64,000 nucleotides of DNA from Flavobacterium sp. Lineage in GTDB: Bacteria > Bacteroidota > Bacteroidia > Flavobacteriales > Flavobacteriaceae. The position numbers were made by a program, and so were the translations under genes. Positions 37,357 through 47,241 of this stretch are shown in pieces (position 1 is the first letter of the stretch; every line of letters starts with the position of its first letter). The notes beneath the pieces are model-generated. The model had not been told where the DNA came from, did not search any database, and worked only from the letters and a program-made list of their open reading frames with translations. The stretch lies in the NCBI RefSeq assembly GCF_027482425.1, contig NZ_JAIXWA010000022.1, positions 3,111 to 67,110 on the forward strand, given 5' to 3'.

Positions 37357-37854
37357 ATGACTTACAAGGATTTTGAAATTAACCAAAATTTCATTGTGAA
37401 AGCCCAGGATTTCCTGGAGAAAATGGATCCGGTGCACTACACCCCTTTCCCCGAAATGAATGTACATTTGTACAACATGTTCAGTCAAAATCGGGAGAAA
37501 ATTAAGAAAACCTATTTCCGCGAATTGATTCATGACCTGAAAGCCGGCGATTACAAAAATTTAAATCGCTACGTGTTATTCATCGTTTTAGACCCTTTTG
37601 AGGAAAATGATGCGAACTATTTTCTTGAGATTTTTAAATCTATCGCAACGGCTATAGAGACGTTTGGGTGTACTACTGATTTGTTGGAATTCCTTTGGTG
37701 GCAACTAGATTTTACAGCCAATGAGGGATTATACATGAATCAGTTGGAACAATTTCAAACTGTATTCTCGACGTTACAAAACCAAGTTTCGGAACATGAT
37801 CCGTTGGATGATTATCAGATTCGAAAGAAAATTTATGAGATTCTAATCTTTTAA
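37357..37854 (+). CDS. Hypothetical protein
   Basis: 165-aa acidic helical ORF with an ATG start, followed by a terminator. Confidence 0.65.
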   Translation: MTYKDFEINQNFIVKAQDFLEKMDPVHYTPFPEMNVHLYNMFSQNREKIKKTYFRELIHDLKAGDYKNLNRYVLFIVLDPFEENDANYFLEIFKSIATAIETFGCTTDLLEFLWWQLDFTANEGLYMNQLEQFQTVFSTLQNQVSEHDPLDDYQIRKKIYEILIF

Positions 37855-37863
37855 AGCAAAAGC

Positions 37864-37890
37864 AAGCCGGTTTGAAAACCGGCTTTTTTT
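37864..37890 (+). terminator. Intrinsic terminator
   Basis: AAGCCGGTT-TGAA-AACCGGCTT followed by a T tract. Confidence 0.88.
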
Positions 37891-37944
37891 ATGTTTTTCT
37901 TATCGATTCCCATGTAAAATATATTGTATCTTAGCACGCTTTTC

Positions 37945-38014
37945 TAGCCCGGATAGAGCCATTGTTGGAGCTCGCCCGGAGGGAAGCGACTGGCGAAAGC
38001 CGGAAATAGCTCCC
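37945..38014 (+). repeat. REP/MITE-like GC-rich intergenic element
   Basis: Begins TAGCCCGGATAGA, contains GAAAGCCGG and an internal GGAGCT/AGCTCC inverted pair. Related to 60750-60804. Confidence 0.6.
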
Positions 38015-38040
38015 TAAAAAACAGTAAAAATTGATGTGTT

Positions 38041-38766
38041 ATGGCATTTGAAGATTATCAAAACGAAGAAGAGCGTATCCAGGATAAATTGAAGCAAAAA
38101 ACCTGGAACGAGATTCGCACCAACGATTCTTGGGCAATTTTTAAAATCATGTCCGAATTTGTAAACGGCTATGAAACGATGGCTCGAATTGGTCCTTGTG
38201 TTTCTATTTTTGGATCCGCGCGAACCAAACCCGATCATAAATACTACCAACTTGCTGAGCGTATTGCTTACAAAATAAGTAAAGCCGGCTATGGAGTAAT
38301 TACGGGTGGTGGTCCTGGAATTATGGAGGCCGGAAATAAGGGGGCACACCAAGGCGGAGGTACCTCGGTAGGATTGAATATTGAGTTACCGTTTGAGCAG
38401 CATTTTAATCCGTATATTGATAAAGACAAAAACCTAAACTTTGATTATTTCTTTGTGCGCAAAGTAATGTTTGTAAAATATTCGCAAGGTTTTGTGGTCA
38501 TGCCTGGTGGATTTGGAACGTTGGACGAACTTTTTGAAGCATTGACCTTAATTCAGACGAAGAAAATTGGGAAATTCCCTATCATTTTGGTGGGTTCTGA
38601 ATTCTGGTCGGGACTTTTGGATTGGATTAAAACGGTGATTATTGAAAAATACCACAATGCCAACCCCGAAGATATGAAATTGATTCAGGTGGTTGACAAT
38701 GAAGATGAAGTCGTCGAGGCCTTGGATACATTCTACAAAAAATACAATTTAAGTCCAAATTTCTAA
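38041..38766 (+). CDS. LOG family (TIGR00730-type) nucleotide phosphoribohydrolase
   Basis: VSIFGSAR, ITGGGPGIMEA, FFVRKVMF and PGGFGTLDELFE. Confidence 0.92.
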   Translation: MAFEDYQNEEERIQDKLKQKTWNEIRTNDSWAIFKIMSEFVNGYETMARIGPCVSIFGSARTKPDHKYYQLAERIAYKISKAGYGVITGGGPGIMEAGNKGAHQGGGTSVGLNIELPFEQHFNPYIDKDKNLNFDYFFVRKVMFVKYSQGFVVMPGGFGTLDELFEALTLIQTKKIGKFPIILVGSEFWSGLLDWIKTVIIEKYHNANPEDMKLIQVVDNEDEVVEALDTFYKKYNLSPNF

Positions 38767-38965
38767 TTCCATTCGGTTTCCTTCTCATGCCCAGATGAAT
38801 AGTATCGTGGGCGTTTTTTATTTGAAAAATGAAATGAAGTACTAAGTTGATGCGTTTTACATACAAAAAAGCAACCTTTTACATGGTATTGCAACGAATT
38901 CTATATCTTTGGTTGGTAGGGTACCCAATCGTGAATTGATACTCGTATTTCCCAAATTGCCTCGT

Positions 38966-41779
38966 ATGAATAACGTTTTTTTTTGGTGGTTAGGCCTTTT
39001 TTTCTGCGGATTTTCTGCAAGCGTTTTGGCGCAACACCAAACGAAACTCACCGTGGATTACCTTCCTGAGAAACAAACCTTAAATGTTTATCAAGAACTC
39101 ACTTTTCACAATACAACAGGAACAACCTTGTCGGTGTTGGTACTCAACGATTGGATTCATGCGTATTCGGACCGAAATACACCGTTGGCCGAACGTTTTG
39201 CCGATGAATTTGTACGTAGTTTTCACGTTGCTACGGCCAAAGAGCGTGGAGCTACCCATGGACTTTCGGTGATCGATGACCAAAAAACGCTGTTGGATTG
39301 GTCGCGTTTGCCGAATCATCCCGATTTGATTGCCATTCCTTTGCGTGAACCTTTGGCACCCCTTGCCACTACCACTTTAACGCTCTCTTATCATTTAAAA
39401 CTTCCTGACCAGCGATTTACGGGTATTGGCTTTAATTCGGACAACGAAGTCATATTGGACCAATGGATACTGACCCCGGCACGTTGGGAAAATGGCGATT
39501 TTTTGAAGTATAGCAATTTAAATATTGATGATGCTACCAATGCCCCGATGGAAGTAGAACTGCTCATCCGTCCCGCTGGATTTCAGGTTGTCAGCGACTT
39601 GACTTTGGTAGCGCAAACCGATACAGCCTATCGCTTTGTAGGAAAGAACAGAATTCAGGTGCATTTGTACCTCTCCCGTATAAACGACTTCCAGAGTTTC
39701 AACAACGAACGCGGCAGTATCGTCACAAATTTGCAGGAAAAACGTATTAATTCGGTGCAGAAAGCCATCTTGATTGAGAAAATTGAGAATTACGTCACGG
39801 CATTTCTCGGCAACAATCCACTCCCAAAAACAACCGTTACTCAAGACGACTATGATCGGAATCCATTTTACGGGTTGAATCAATTGCCCAATTTTATTCG
39901 CCCGTTTCCGGATGACTTTGTATTTGAATTAAAGTTTCTTAAAACCTATATATATAACCGATTAAAGACGACCTTATTGATTGATCCTCGCCAAGATAAT
40001 TGGCTTTTTGATGCGATTCAAATTTACATCATGATGCAATACATCGATGAGCATTATCCTGAAATGAAAATGATGGGCGCTTTGGGGAAAATTAATTTAT
40101 TGAAAGGATATCGTTTGCTCTCTTTGGATTTCAATGAGCAATACAGTTATTTCTATATGCTGATGGCGCGAAAGAATTTGGACCAGCCCTTGGGGGATTC
40201 AAAGGATAAGCTGTTAAGATTTAATGAAAAAATTGCCTCTAAATACCGCGCAGGATTGAGTTTTCGTTACCTTTCGGAGTATATTGGTAAAGACCAACTT
40301 GGGGAAGCCTTGGACCAGTTTTTAAAACAAGCGCTAGTTCAACCCGCTTCTACCGCCGATTTTAAACAAATCGTAGCCCAAAAAACAGAAAAAGACGTCC
40401 ATTGGTTTTTTGACCATATAATTCAATCCAGAAAGATTATTGATTACAAACTAGACCTGCTCTCCAAAACCAAAGATAGTGTTACCTTTCAATTAAAGAA
40501 CCGAACTGGTGTCGAAGTGCCGATTCCGATTTACGGCATCAAGAAAAAGGAAGTGGTGTTTAAAACGTGGCTGGAGCCACAAAATCAAAATCAAGTGTTT
40601 ACCATACCCCGAAAAGAAGCGGATAAATTGGTTTTGAATTACGAAAATACCGTTCCTGAGTTCAACCAACGAAACAATTGGAAATCTTTAAAGTCGTTTT
40701 TTATTAGTAATCGACCGTTGAAGTTTCGTTTTTTGAAAGATTTGGAGGATCCCAATTACAACCAAATCATGTACTTACCCGTCATGGGATTTAATTACTA
40801 CGATGGAGTGATCTTAGGATTGAGTTTAAACAACCGAACCGTTTTGGACAAACCCATCAACTTTGATGTGATTCCATCTTTCTCGACCAATTCGTCGTCG
40901 CTTTCGGGGAGTGCCAACATCACGTTTAACCAGTTTTTACGAAATTCCAATTTGTTTTCCATCAAATACGGTGTTGGAGGTAGTCATTTTCGGTATGCCC
41001 CAGATGCTACGTATCAAAAGCTCACGCCGTTTGTTCAGATGCGTATTCGCGAAAAAGACTATCGTAAAAACCACATTCAGATTATTAATTTTCGCAATGT
41101 GTATGTTAATCGGGAACCCAGTTTATTTGTGCAAACTCCTGGAGAAAACCGGTATTCGGTAACGGATTTTCGTTATACTAATACCGATATGACCATTACA
41201 CATACGTTTTCCTACAGTGCAAATTTTCAAATTGCCTCCCAGTTTTCCAAAACCTCAGCAGAAGTGGTGTACCGCCACTTATTTCAAAACAACCGACAGG
41301 TGAACATTCGTTTTTTTGGCGGCATCTTTTTGCGTAATAATGACACCAAAGACTTCTTTAGTTTTGCTTTAGAGCGACCTACGGACTATTTGTTTGATTA
41401 TCCCTTTTTAGGGCGATCAGAAAGCACGGGTATTTTCCGTCAACAATTTATCACCGCTGAAGGAGGCTTTAAGTCGCGGTTTGCCAACCAATTGGCCAAC
41501 GAATGGTTGGTGAGCACCAATTTAAGTGGTAGTATTTGGAATTGGATTGAGGCTTATGCTGATTTTGGGGTATTGAAAGACCATGGACAAGAAGCCGTAT
41601 TCCGTATGGATTCGGGAATTCGCTTTAATTTGATCACCGATTATTTGGAATTTTATTTTCCCATCTACTCCAGTATGGGTTGGGATTTTGGTCGACCCAA
41701 TTACCATGAACAGATTCGCTTTGTGTTTACTATTGATCCGCGTTCTTTGGTTGGACTTTTTACACGAAAATGGTTTTAA
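38966..41779 (+). CDS. M1 aminopeptidase-like protein lacking HExxH, fused to a putative C-terminal outer-membrane beta-barrel
   Basis: Signal peptide; M1-like order of segments with KTYIYN...WLFDAIQIY at the expected zinc site; an alternating beta-strand C-terminal third ending in WF. Confidence 0.7.
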   Translation: MNNVFFWWLGLFFCGFSASVLAQHQTKLTVDYLPEKQTLNVYQELTFHNTTGTTLSVLVLNDWIHAYSDRNTPLAERFADEFVRSFHVATAKERGATHGLSVIDDQKTLLDWSRLPNHPDLIAIPLREPLAPLATTTLTLSYHLKLPDQRFTGIGFNSDNEVILDQWILTPARWENGDFLKYSNLNIDDATNAPMEVELLIRPAGFQVVSDLTLVAQTDTAYRFVGKNRIQVHLYLSRINDFQSFNNERGSIVTNLQEKRINSVQKAILIEKIENYVTAFLGNNPLPKTTVTQDDYDRNPFYGLNQLPNFIRPFPDDFVFELKFLKTYIYNRLKTTLLIDPRQDNWLFDAIQIYIMMQYIDEHYPEMKMMGALGKINLLKGYRLLSLDFNEQYSYFYMLMARKNLDQPLGDSKDKLLRFNEKIASKYRAGLSFRYLSEYIGKDQLGEALDQFLKQALVQPASTADFKQIVAQKTEKDVHWFFDHIIQSRKIIDYKLDLLSKTKDSVTFQLKNRTGVEVPIPIYGIKKKEVVFKTWLEPQNQNQVFTIPRKEADKLVLNYENTVPEFNQRNNWKSLKSFFISNRPLKFRFLKDLEDPNYNQIMYLPVMGFNYYDGVILGLSLNNRTVLDKPINFDVIPSFSTNSSSLSGSANITFNQFLRNSNLFSIKYGVGGSHFRYAPDATYQKLTPFVQMRIREKDYRKNHIQIINFRNVYVNREPSLFVQTPGENRYSVTDFRYTNTDMTITHTFSYSANFQIASQFSKTSAEVVYRHLFQNNRQVNIRFFGGIFLRNNDTKDFFSFALERPTDYLFDYPFLGRSESTGIFRQQFITAEGGFKSRFANQLANEWLVSTNLSGSIWNWIEAYADFGVLKDHGQEAVFRMDSGIRFNLITDYLEFYFPIYSSMGWDFGRPNYHEQIRFVFTIDPRSLVGLFTRKWF

Positions 41780-41954
41780 TTGCTATTTTTTATTTATTTA
41801 TCGCACTGAATTATGCTGTTTAATGTTTAAAATGAAATTATTTCGTAAAAAAACGGGGTTAAATTAGAGATTGTTCAAAACTAAATTATATCGCACAATA
41901 CCAACCAATCTTTTTTTTAGTTAATTTTGTTTTTTTGATGTTTACTTGAACGCT

Positions 41955-44357
41955 ATGACGACAGCACAAACCAATACTGCCATCAGTTTTGAAGATTTCA
42001 AAGCAGAAGTACTTAACGATTATAAGATTGCACGTATCAGTCGCGAATGCAGTCTTTTGGGACGCAAAGAAGTTCTTACGGGTAAGGCGAAGTTTGGCAT
42101 TTTCGGTGATGGAAAAGAAGTGCCGCAATTGGCGATGGCCAAAGCCTTTCAAAATGGGGATTTCCGTTCGGGCTATTACCGCGATCAAACCTTTATGATG
42201 GCCATTGGTGCGCTTACCATTGAGCAATTTTTTGCCGGTTTATACGGGCACACCGATTTGCAACACGATCCGATGAGCGCAGGCCGACAAATGGGAGGAC
42301 ATTTTGCTACCCATTCGTTGGATGAAAAAGGGCAGTGGAATGATTTGACAGCACAAAAGAATTCCAGTTCAGATATTTCCCCCACAGCGGGACAAATGCC
42401 TCGTTTGTTAGGTTTAGCACAAGCCTCCAAAATTTACCGTCATGTATCGGGAATGGATACCCGACTTTTTTCCAAAGAAGGAAAGGAAGTCGCTTGGGGA
42501 ACGATTGGTAATGCCTCAACCTCGGAAGGTTTGTTTTTTGAAACGATGAATGCAGCGGGAGTACTTCAAGTTCCGATGGTCATGAGTGTCTGGGATGATG
42601 AATACGGGATTTCGGTTCACGCCCGTCATCAAACTACCAAGGAGAACATTTCGGCTTTATTGGCTGGTTTCCAAAGGGATGAAAATCAAAATGGTTTTGA
42701 AATTTTCACTGTCATGGGGTGGGACTATCCTGCTTTGGTCGAAACCTATCAAAAAGCCTCGACTATCGCCCGCGAATCGCATGTTCCCGTGCTTATCCAT
42801 GTACGTGAATTGACACAACCGCAAGGCCATTCTACCTCGGGAAGTCACGAACGCTACAAAGACGAAACCCGTTTGGCATGGGAAGCGGAATACGATTGTT
42901 TGGCGCAAATGCGACAGTGGTTGATTGACAACAATCTGGCTACTGAAACGGACTTAGATGCGCTAGATTCTTCATGTAAAAAGGAAATTTTGGAAGGAAA
43001 AAAAGCGGCATGGAATGCGTTTATTGCTCCTTTTAAAGCGGAGCAAAACGAATTGTGTTCACTTTTGAATGACTTGGCCCAAGGCAGCAATCAAAAAGTT
43101 TTTATCGAAAAATACAGTAGCGATTTGGCAGCTATTAAAGAGCCGATTCGAAAAGATATTTTAAGTACAGCGCGTAAGGTAGTACGATTACTCATCGGTG
43201 AGTCAGGACAAGCTACTTTAGCGCAATGGATTCAATCGTATACGGCTAGAATCCAACCCAAATACAGTTCCCATTTATTTTCTGAATCGGAGAACAATAT
43301 CGCAACGATACAGGAAGTAGTACCTCAATTTGACGTCTCCTCCGAACTAGTGGATGCGCGTTTGGTGTTACGGGATAACTTTGATGCCTTATTTACCAAA
43401 CATCCCAACACATTGATTTTTGGGGAAGATTCTGGAAATATCGGCGATGTCAACCAAGGATTGGAAGGCATGCAAATTAAATATGGGGAACAACGTGTAG
43501 CCGATGTGGGGATCCGTGAAGCTACCATTTTGGGTCAAGGCATTGGCATGGCGATGCGTGGCTTGCGTCCCATTGCTGAAATTCAGTATTTGGATTACCT
43601 TTTGTATGCGATTCAAATAATGAGTGACGACTTGGCAACTTTGCAATACCGAACCCAAGGACGTCAAAAAGCACCCGTAATTATTCGTACCCGAGGACAC
43701 CGTTTGGAAGGCATTTGGCATTCTGGATCTCCAATGGGTATGATTATTAATGCGGTTCGAGGAATCCATGTATTAGTCCCACGAAACATGACCAAAGCTG
43801 CTGGTTTTTACAATGCTTTATTGGAAAAAGATGAACCCGCTTTGGTGGTAGAGTGTTTAAATGGTTACCGTTTGAAAGAAAAAATGCCTACCAATTTAGG
43901 TGATTTCAAAACCCCGCTAGGCGTTGTGGAAACCTTAAAAGAGGGATCCGATATTACTTTGGTTTCCTATGGTTCAACCTTGCGTTTGGTGGAACAAGCG
44001 GCCAACGAACTGGAAGCGGTGGGCATCAATGCTGAAATTATTGACATACAGTCGTTATTACCCTTTGATTTGGCGCATGATATTGTAAAAAGTATTGCCA
44101 AAACCAACCGTCTTTTGGTGATTGACGAGGATGTTCCGGGTGGAGCCAGTGCTTTTATTTTACAGCAAATTGTAGAAGTACAAAAGGCATATACCTATTT
44201 GGACAGTGCCCCTGAAACCCTAACCGCCAAAGCGCACCGCCCTGCGTATGGAACTGACGGCGATTATTTTTCAAAACCCTCGGTAGAAGATATCTTCGAA
44301 AAAGTATATGCGATGATGCACGAAGCCAATCCCAATCGCTACCCTACCTTGTTCTAA
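41955..44357 (+). CDS. Fused E1 alpha/beta subunit of a 2-oxoacid (probably branched-chain) dehydrogenase
   Basis: FGIFGDGKEVPQ, GYYRDQ, GNASTSEG...N, IFGED, GIREATI, EIQYLDY and HS. Confidence 0.92.
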   Translation: MTTAQTNTAISFEDFKAEVLNDYKIARISRECSLLGRKEVLTGKAKFGIFGDGKEVPQLAMAKAFQNGDFRSGYYRDQTFMMAIGALTIEQFFAGLYGHTDLQHDPMSAGRQMGGHFATHSLDEKGQWNDLTAQKNSSSDISPTAGQMPRLLGLAQASKIYRHVSGMDTRLFSKEGKEVAWGTIGNASTSEGLFFETMNAAGVLQVPMVMSVWDDEYGISVHARHQTTKENISALLAGFQRDENQNGFEIFTVMGWDYPALVETYQKASTIARESHVPVLIHVRELTQPQGHSTSGSHERYKDETRLAWEAEYDCLAQMRQWLIDNNLATETDLDALDSSCKKEILEGKKAAWNAFIAPFKAEQNELCSLLNDLAQGSNQKVFIEKYSSDLAAIKEPIRKDILSTARKVVRLLIGESGQATLAQWIQSYTARIQPKYSSHLFSESENNIATIQEVVPQFDVSSELVDARLVLRDNFDALFTKHPNTLIFGEDSGNIGDVNQGLEGMQIKYGEQRVADVGIREATILGQGIGMAMRGLRPIAEIQYLDYLLYAIQIMSDDLATLQYRTQGRQKAPVIIRTRGHRLEGIWHSGSPMGMIINAVRGIHVLVPRNMTKAAGFYNALLEKDEPALVVECLNGYRLKEKMPTNLGDFKTPLGVVETLKEGSDITLVSYGSTLRLVEQAANELEAVGINAEIIDIQSLLPFDLAHDIVKSIAKTNRLLVIDEDVPGGASAFILQQIVEVQKAYTYLDSAPETLTAKAHRPAYGTDGDYFSKPSVEDIFEKVYAMMHEANPNRYPTLF

Positions 44358-44368
44358 AAGTTTATTGC

Positions 44369-44400
44369 AAAAAAAATTCGGCTCAGAGCCGAATTTTTTT
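44369..44400. terminator. Bidirectional terminator
   Basis: A-tract-ATTCGGCT-cag-AGCCGAAT-T-tract between convergent genes. Confidence 0.88.
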
Positions 44401-46274
44401 TATCTCAAGATCCTGAATTCACAACGTCGGTTGATAGAATGTTCCGCCTCAGTACATTTATCCCCACAATTGACTAGTGGAGTGCTTTCTCCAAAACCTT
44501 TATGACGCAAACGTGAACGGTCGATTCCTTGGTTGACAATATACTCTAATGTAGAAGAAGCACGGTTATTGGAAAGCATCAAGTTATAGGTTTCTGATGC
44601 CCGGGAATCGGTATGTGCCCCAATTTGAATTTCCATACGCGGATACTTTTTCAACAATCCAACCAGTACATCGAGTATTTTAGCCGCCTCGGGTTTGATA
44701 TTCCATTTATTCAAATCAAAATAAATGTTTTCCAATTCGATATATACATACCCGTCATTTTTTGTCACGACAATATCTTCGGCATCGTCATAAGATTCAA
44801 CTTCCAATTCGATGGAATACCGCGCATTTCCTTCATCATTGGTGGAAAATTGCTCACTGTGGGGAATATATAAGTCTCGAATAGCCTCCAAACGATAGGT
44901 CTTGTTGGGATTGGTGTTGAAAAAGTAATCGGCGTTTGAACCTACTATCATTTGCCCAACCAATACTTCTTTTTCATCATATAAACTCACCTGAGTACCT
45001 GGCAATAATTGCTTGGTTACCTTATCGCGAACGTCTCCTTCTACTAAGTAACGACGCTCGTTGTCTTTGCGCTTAAAGCTATACAAATTGTCATATCCTT
45101 TGCGGTTGGAAGAGAAAAATCCTTCTTGTGTTTTTTCATTCAACACAAAACCAAAATCATCTAATCCGCTGTTGATGGTTTGACCCAAATTAAGGGGTTT
45201 AGCATAGTTATCTTGGTATTTTTTGGTCATAAACAAATCCAAACCGCCCATACCTTCATGGCCGTTGGAAGCAAAGTATAGGGTTCCATCGGTGGTGATA
45301 AAGGGAAATTGCTCTAAATGTTCGGTATTGATAACATCGCCTAAATTTTGGGGTTCCCCAAAAGTGCCATCGGGACGGACTTCCACTACATACAAATCGA
45401 AGGAGCCTTTACCACCTGGACGGTCGCTTGAAAAGTAAAGTTGAGTTCCATTTGGCGATAGATAAGGATGCTGGGTAGAAAATGTGTCGCTACAAAAAGG
45501 CAATTCAGTAATGTTTTTCCAATCGTTGTCCACCCATTCGGCACGGAATAACTTCACGGATGCAAACTTTTCATCGCCAACTTTGACGCGTTTACTATTG
45601 GTTCTACTGAAATACATAATTTTCCCATCCGTGGAAAAGACAGCATTACTTTCGTGTGTCTTGGTATTGATCGATTTTGGAAAGGGTTGAATGTTTTCCA
45701 ATTGATTTTCTGCGTTTAACGTAGCTTCAAAAAGATCCAAATAGGGCTTGTCATTCCAACTAAATAGGGGTTGTTCTGTACTTCGCAGCGAGGCAAAAAC
45801 TACCTTATCGCCGCGATACGCTATCCCGAAATCCCCCGTATTATTGGTTTTGGTCATCAATTGAATCTCATAATCATAGGGAACTATGGTATTCAAATTA
45901 TTGATGAATTTTTGGGTGTCAACGGGATACTTAAGATACTCTCCCATAATTTTATCGGCCTTTTCGTAGTCTTTGATTCCTTTTAAGGCATGGGCATAGC
46001 GAAAATAATACTCGGGTTTGACCGAATCTTTGTACTGAAAAAACAACTGTCCATAATTTTTTACCGCGGCATCCATTTGCGCATTGTAATAAAAACAATC
46101 GCCAAGGTTGGATAAAATCACACGATTGGGTTTGAGTGTTTCATAGACCGAAGCCGCTTGAACATAAGCTTTATTGGCAAACAATTTATTGGCAAACTTA
46201 ACGGAGGGTTTCTTTTGGGCCGAAACGCCGAAAGTTCCCAATATCAAAAAGAGGTAAAATATACGCATAGCCAT
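44400..46274 (-). CDS. PorE-like OmpA-family protein (TPR, PD40 propeller, carboxypeptidase regulatory-like and OmpA domains)
   Basis: YFSSDRPGGKGSFDLY, FASNGHEGMGGLD, IYFDLNK, HTDSR, LSNNRA and NRRCEF. Confidence 0.88.
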   Translation of the reverse strand: MAMRIFYLFLILGTFGVSAQKKPSVKFANKLFANKAYVQAASVYETLKPNRVILSNLGDCFYYNAQMDAAVKNYGQLFFQYKDSVKPEYYFRYAHALKGIKDYEKADKIMGEYLKYPVDTQKFINNLNTIVPYDYEIQLMTKTNNTGDFGIAYRGDKVVFASLRSTEQPLFSWNDKPYLDLFEATLNAENQLENIQPFPKSINTKTHESNAVFSTDGKIMYFSRTNSKRVKVGDEKFASVKLFRAEWVDNDWKNITELPFCSDTFSTQHPYLSPNGTQLYFSSDRPGGKGSFDLYVVEVRPDGTFGEPQNLGDVINTEHLEQFPFITTDGTLYFASNGHEGMGGLDLFMTKKYQDNYAKPLNLGQTINSGLDDFGFVLNEKTQEGFFSSNRKGYDNLYSFKRKDNERRYLVEGDVRDKVTKQLLPGTQVSLYDEKEVLVGQMIVGSNADYFFNTNPNKTYRLEAIRDLYIPHSEQFSTNDEGNARYSIELEVESYDDAEDIVVTKNDGYVYIELENIYFDLNKWNIKPEAAKILDVLVGLLKKYPRMEIQIGAHTDSRASETYNLMLSNNRASSTLEYIVNQGIDRSRLRHKGFGESTPLVNCGDKCTEAEHSINRRCEFRILR

Positions 46275-46278
46275 CCTT

Positions 46279-47232
46279 TTAAAAGAAACGGGGTGATTTA
46301 TCATAGCCATTGCCGGCGCTATTTTTACCGGATTTACTGATGTTAAACAAAACCATGATTTCATGTGAACCTGAATTAAAGCGACTTAAATTGGATAAGG
46401 TGTAATCGTAAGCGTATCCAATACGTAGATTTTGTGTGACACGAAAATTTACTAACCCACTTACAGCATCTCCCACACGGTAACCTACGCCCATTTCTAA
46501 CATGTTATTGTACAAAAAATTTGCTGTAACATCCAAGGAAATCGGTGATCCTGAGACCGCTTTGGTCATAAATGCGGGTTTAAACTTGAATTGATCGTTC
46601 AAATCAAATACATAGCCTCCCGTAAGAAAGTAATGTATCTCCTCCACTCCGGTTCGCGTTAAGCCATCCCGTGTTTCAAGATGTTTGGTGCGTAACAAAT
46701 TGGGAGCCGACAGTCCTACATAATATTTTTCACCAAAATAAAAAGTGCCCACCCCAATGTTAGGATAGGTGCGACTCAAGTTATTAGCAAAAGCCTGATC
46801 GGGTAAATTATCGGTGAACACAAATCCATTGAAGTTAGTACTAAAAAAAGTAGCCCCCGCTTTAATTCCAAAGGATAACTTTTGTTTTTCACCAAGAGGT
46901 AAAACATAAGCCACATCGGCAAAGACATTACTTTCTTTGACCACATCGCCAATTTCATCATGCATGATGGACATTCCCACTTCAATCCGTTTTTTTAAGG
47001 GCGTATGCACAAAAAACGTTCCTGTTGTAGGTCCACCCACAGCACCCACCCACTGAGCGCGGTACAAACCACCCAAATTAATGGCATCGGCATCATCGGT
47101 AGCGTAGGCAGGATTTAACACACTCATGTTGTACATGTATTGTGTATACTGCGGATCTTGTTGCGCGCGCGTTCGGGTTAAACACAAGAGTAAAACCGCA
47201 ATGAGTATATATTTTATTCTAATAGCTTTCAT
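46279..47232 (-). CDS. T9SS PorP/SprF family outer-membrane protein
   Basis: QQDPQYTQYMYNMSVLNPAYA, YRAQWVG, IGYAYDY and GSHEI. Confidence 0.95.
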   Translation of the reverse strand: MKAIRIKYILIAVLLLCLTRTRAQQDPQYTQYMYNMSVLNPAYATDDADAINLGGLYRAQWVGAVGGPTTGTFFVHTPLKKRIEVGMSIMHDEIGDVVKESNVFADVAYVLPLGEKQKLSFGIKAGATFFSTNFNGFVFTDNLPDQAFANNLSRTYPNIGVGTFYFGEKYYVGLSAPNLLRTKHLETRDGLTRTGVEEIHYFLTGGYVFDLNDQFKFKPAFMTKAVSGSPISLDVTANFLYNNMLEMGVGYRVGDAVSGLVNFRVTQNLRIGYAYDYTLSNLSRFNSGSHEIMVLFNISKSGKNSAGNGYDKSPRFF

Positions 47233-47241
47233 AGGCGAATG

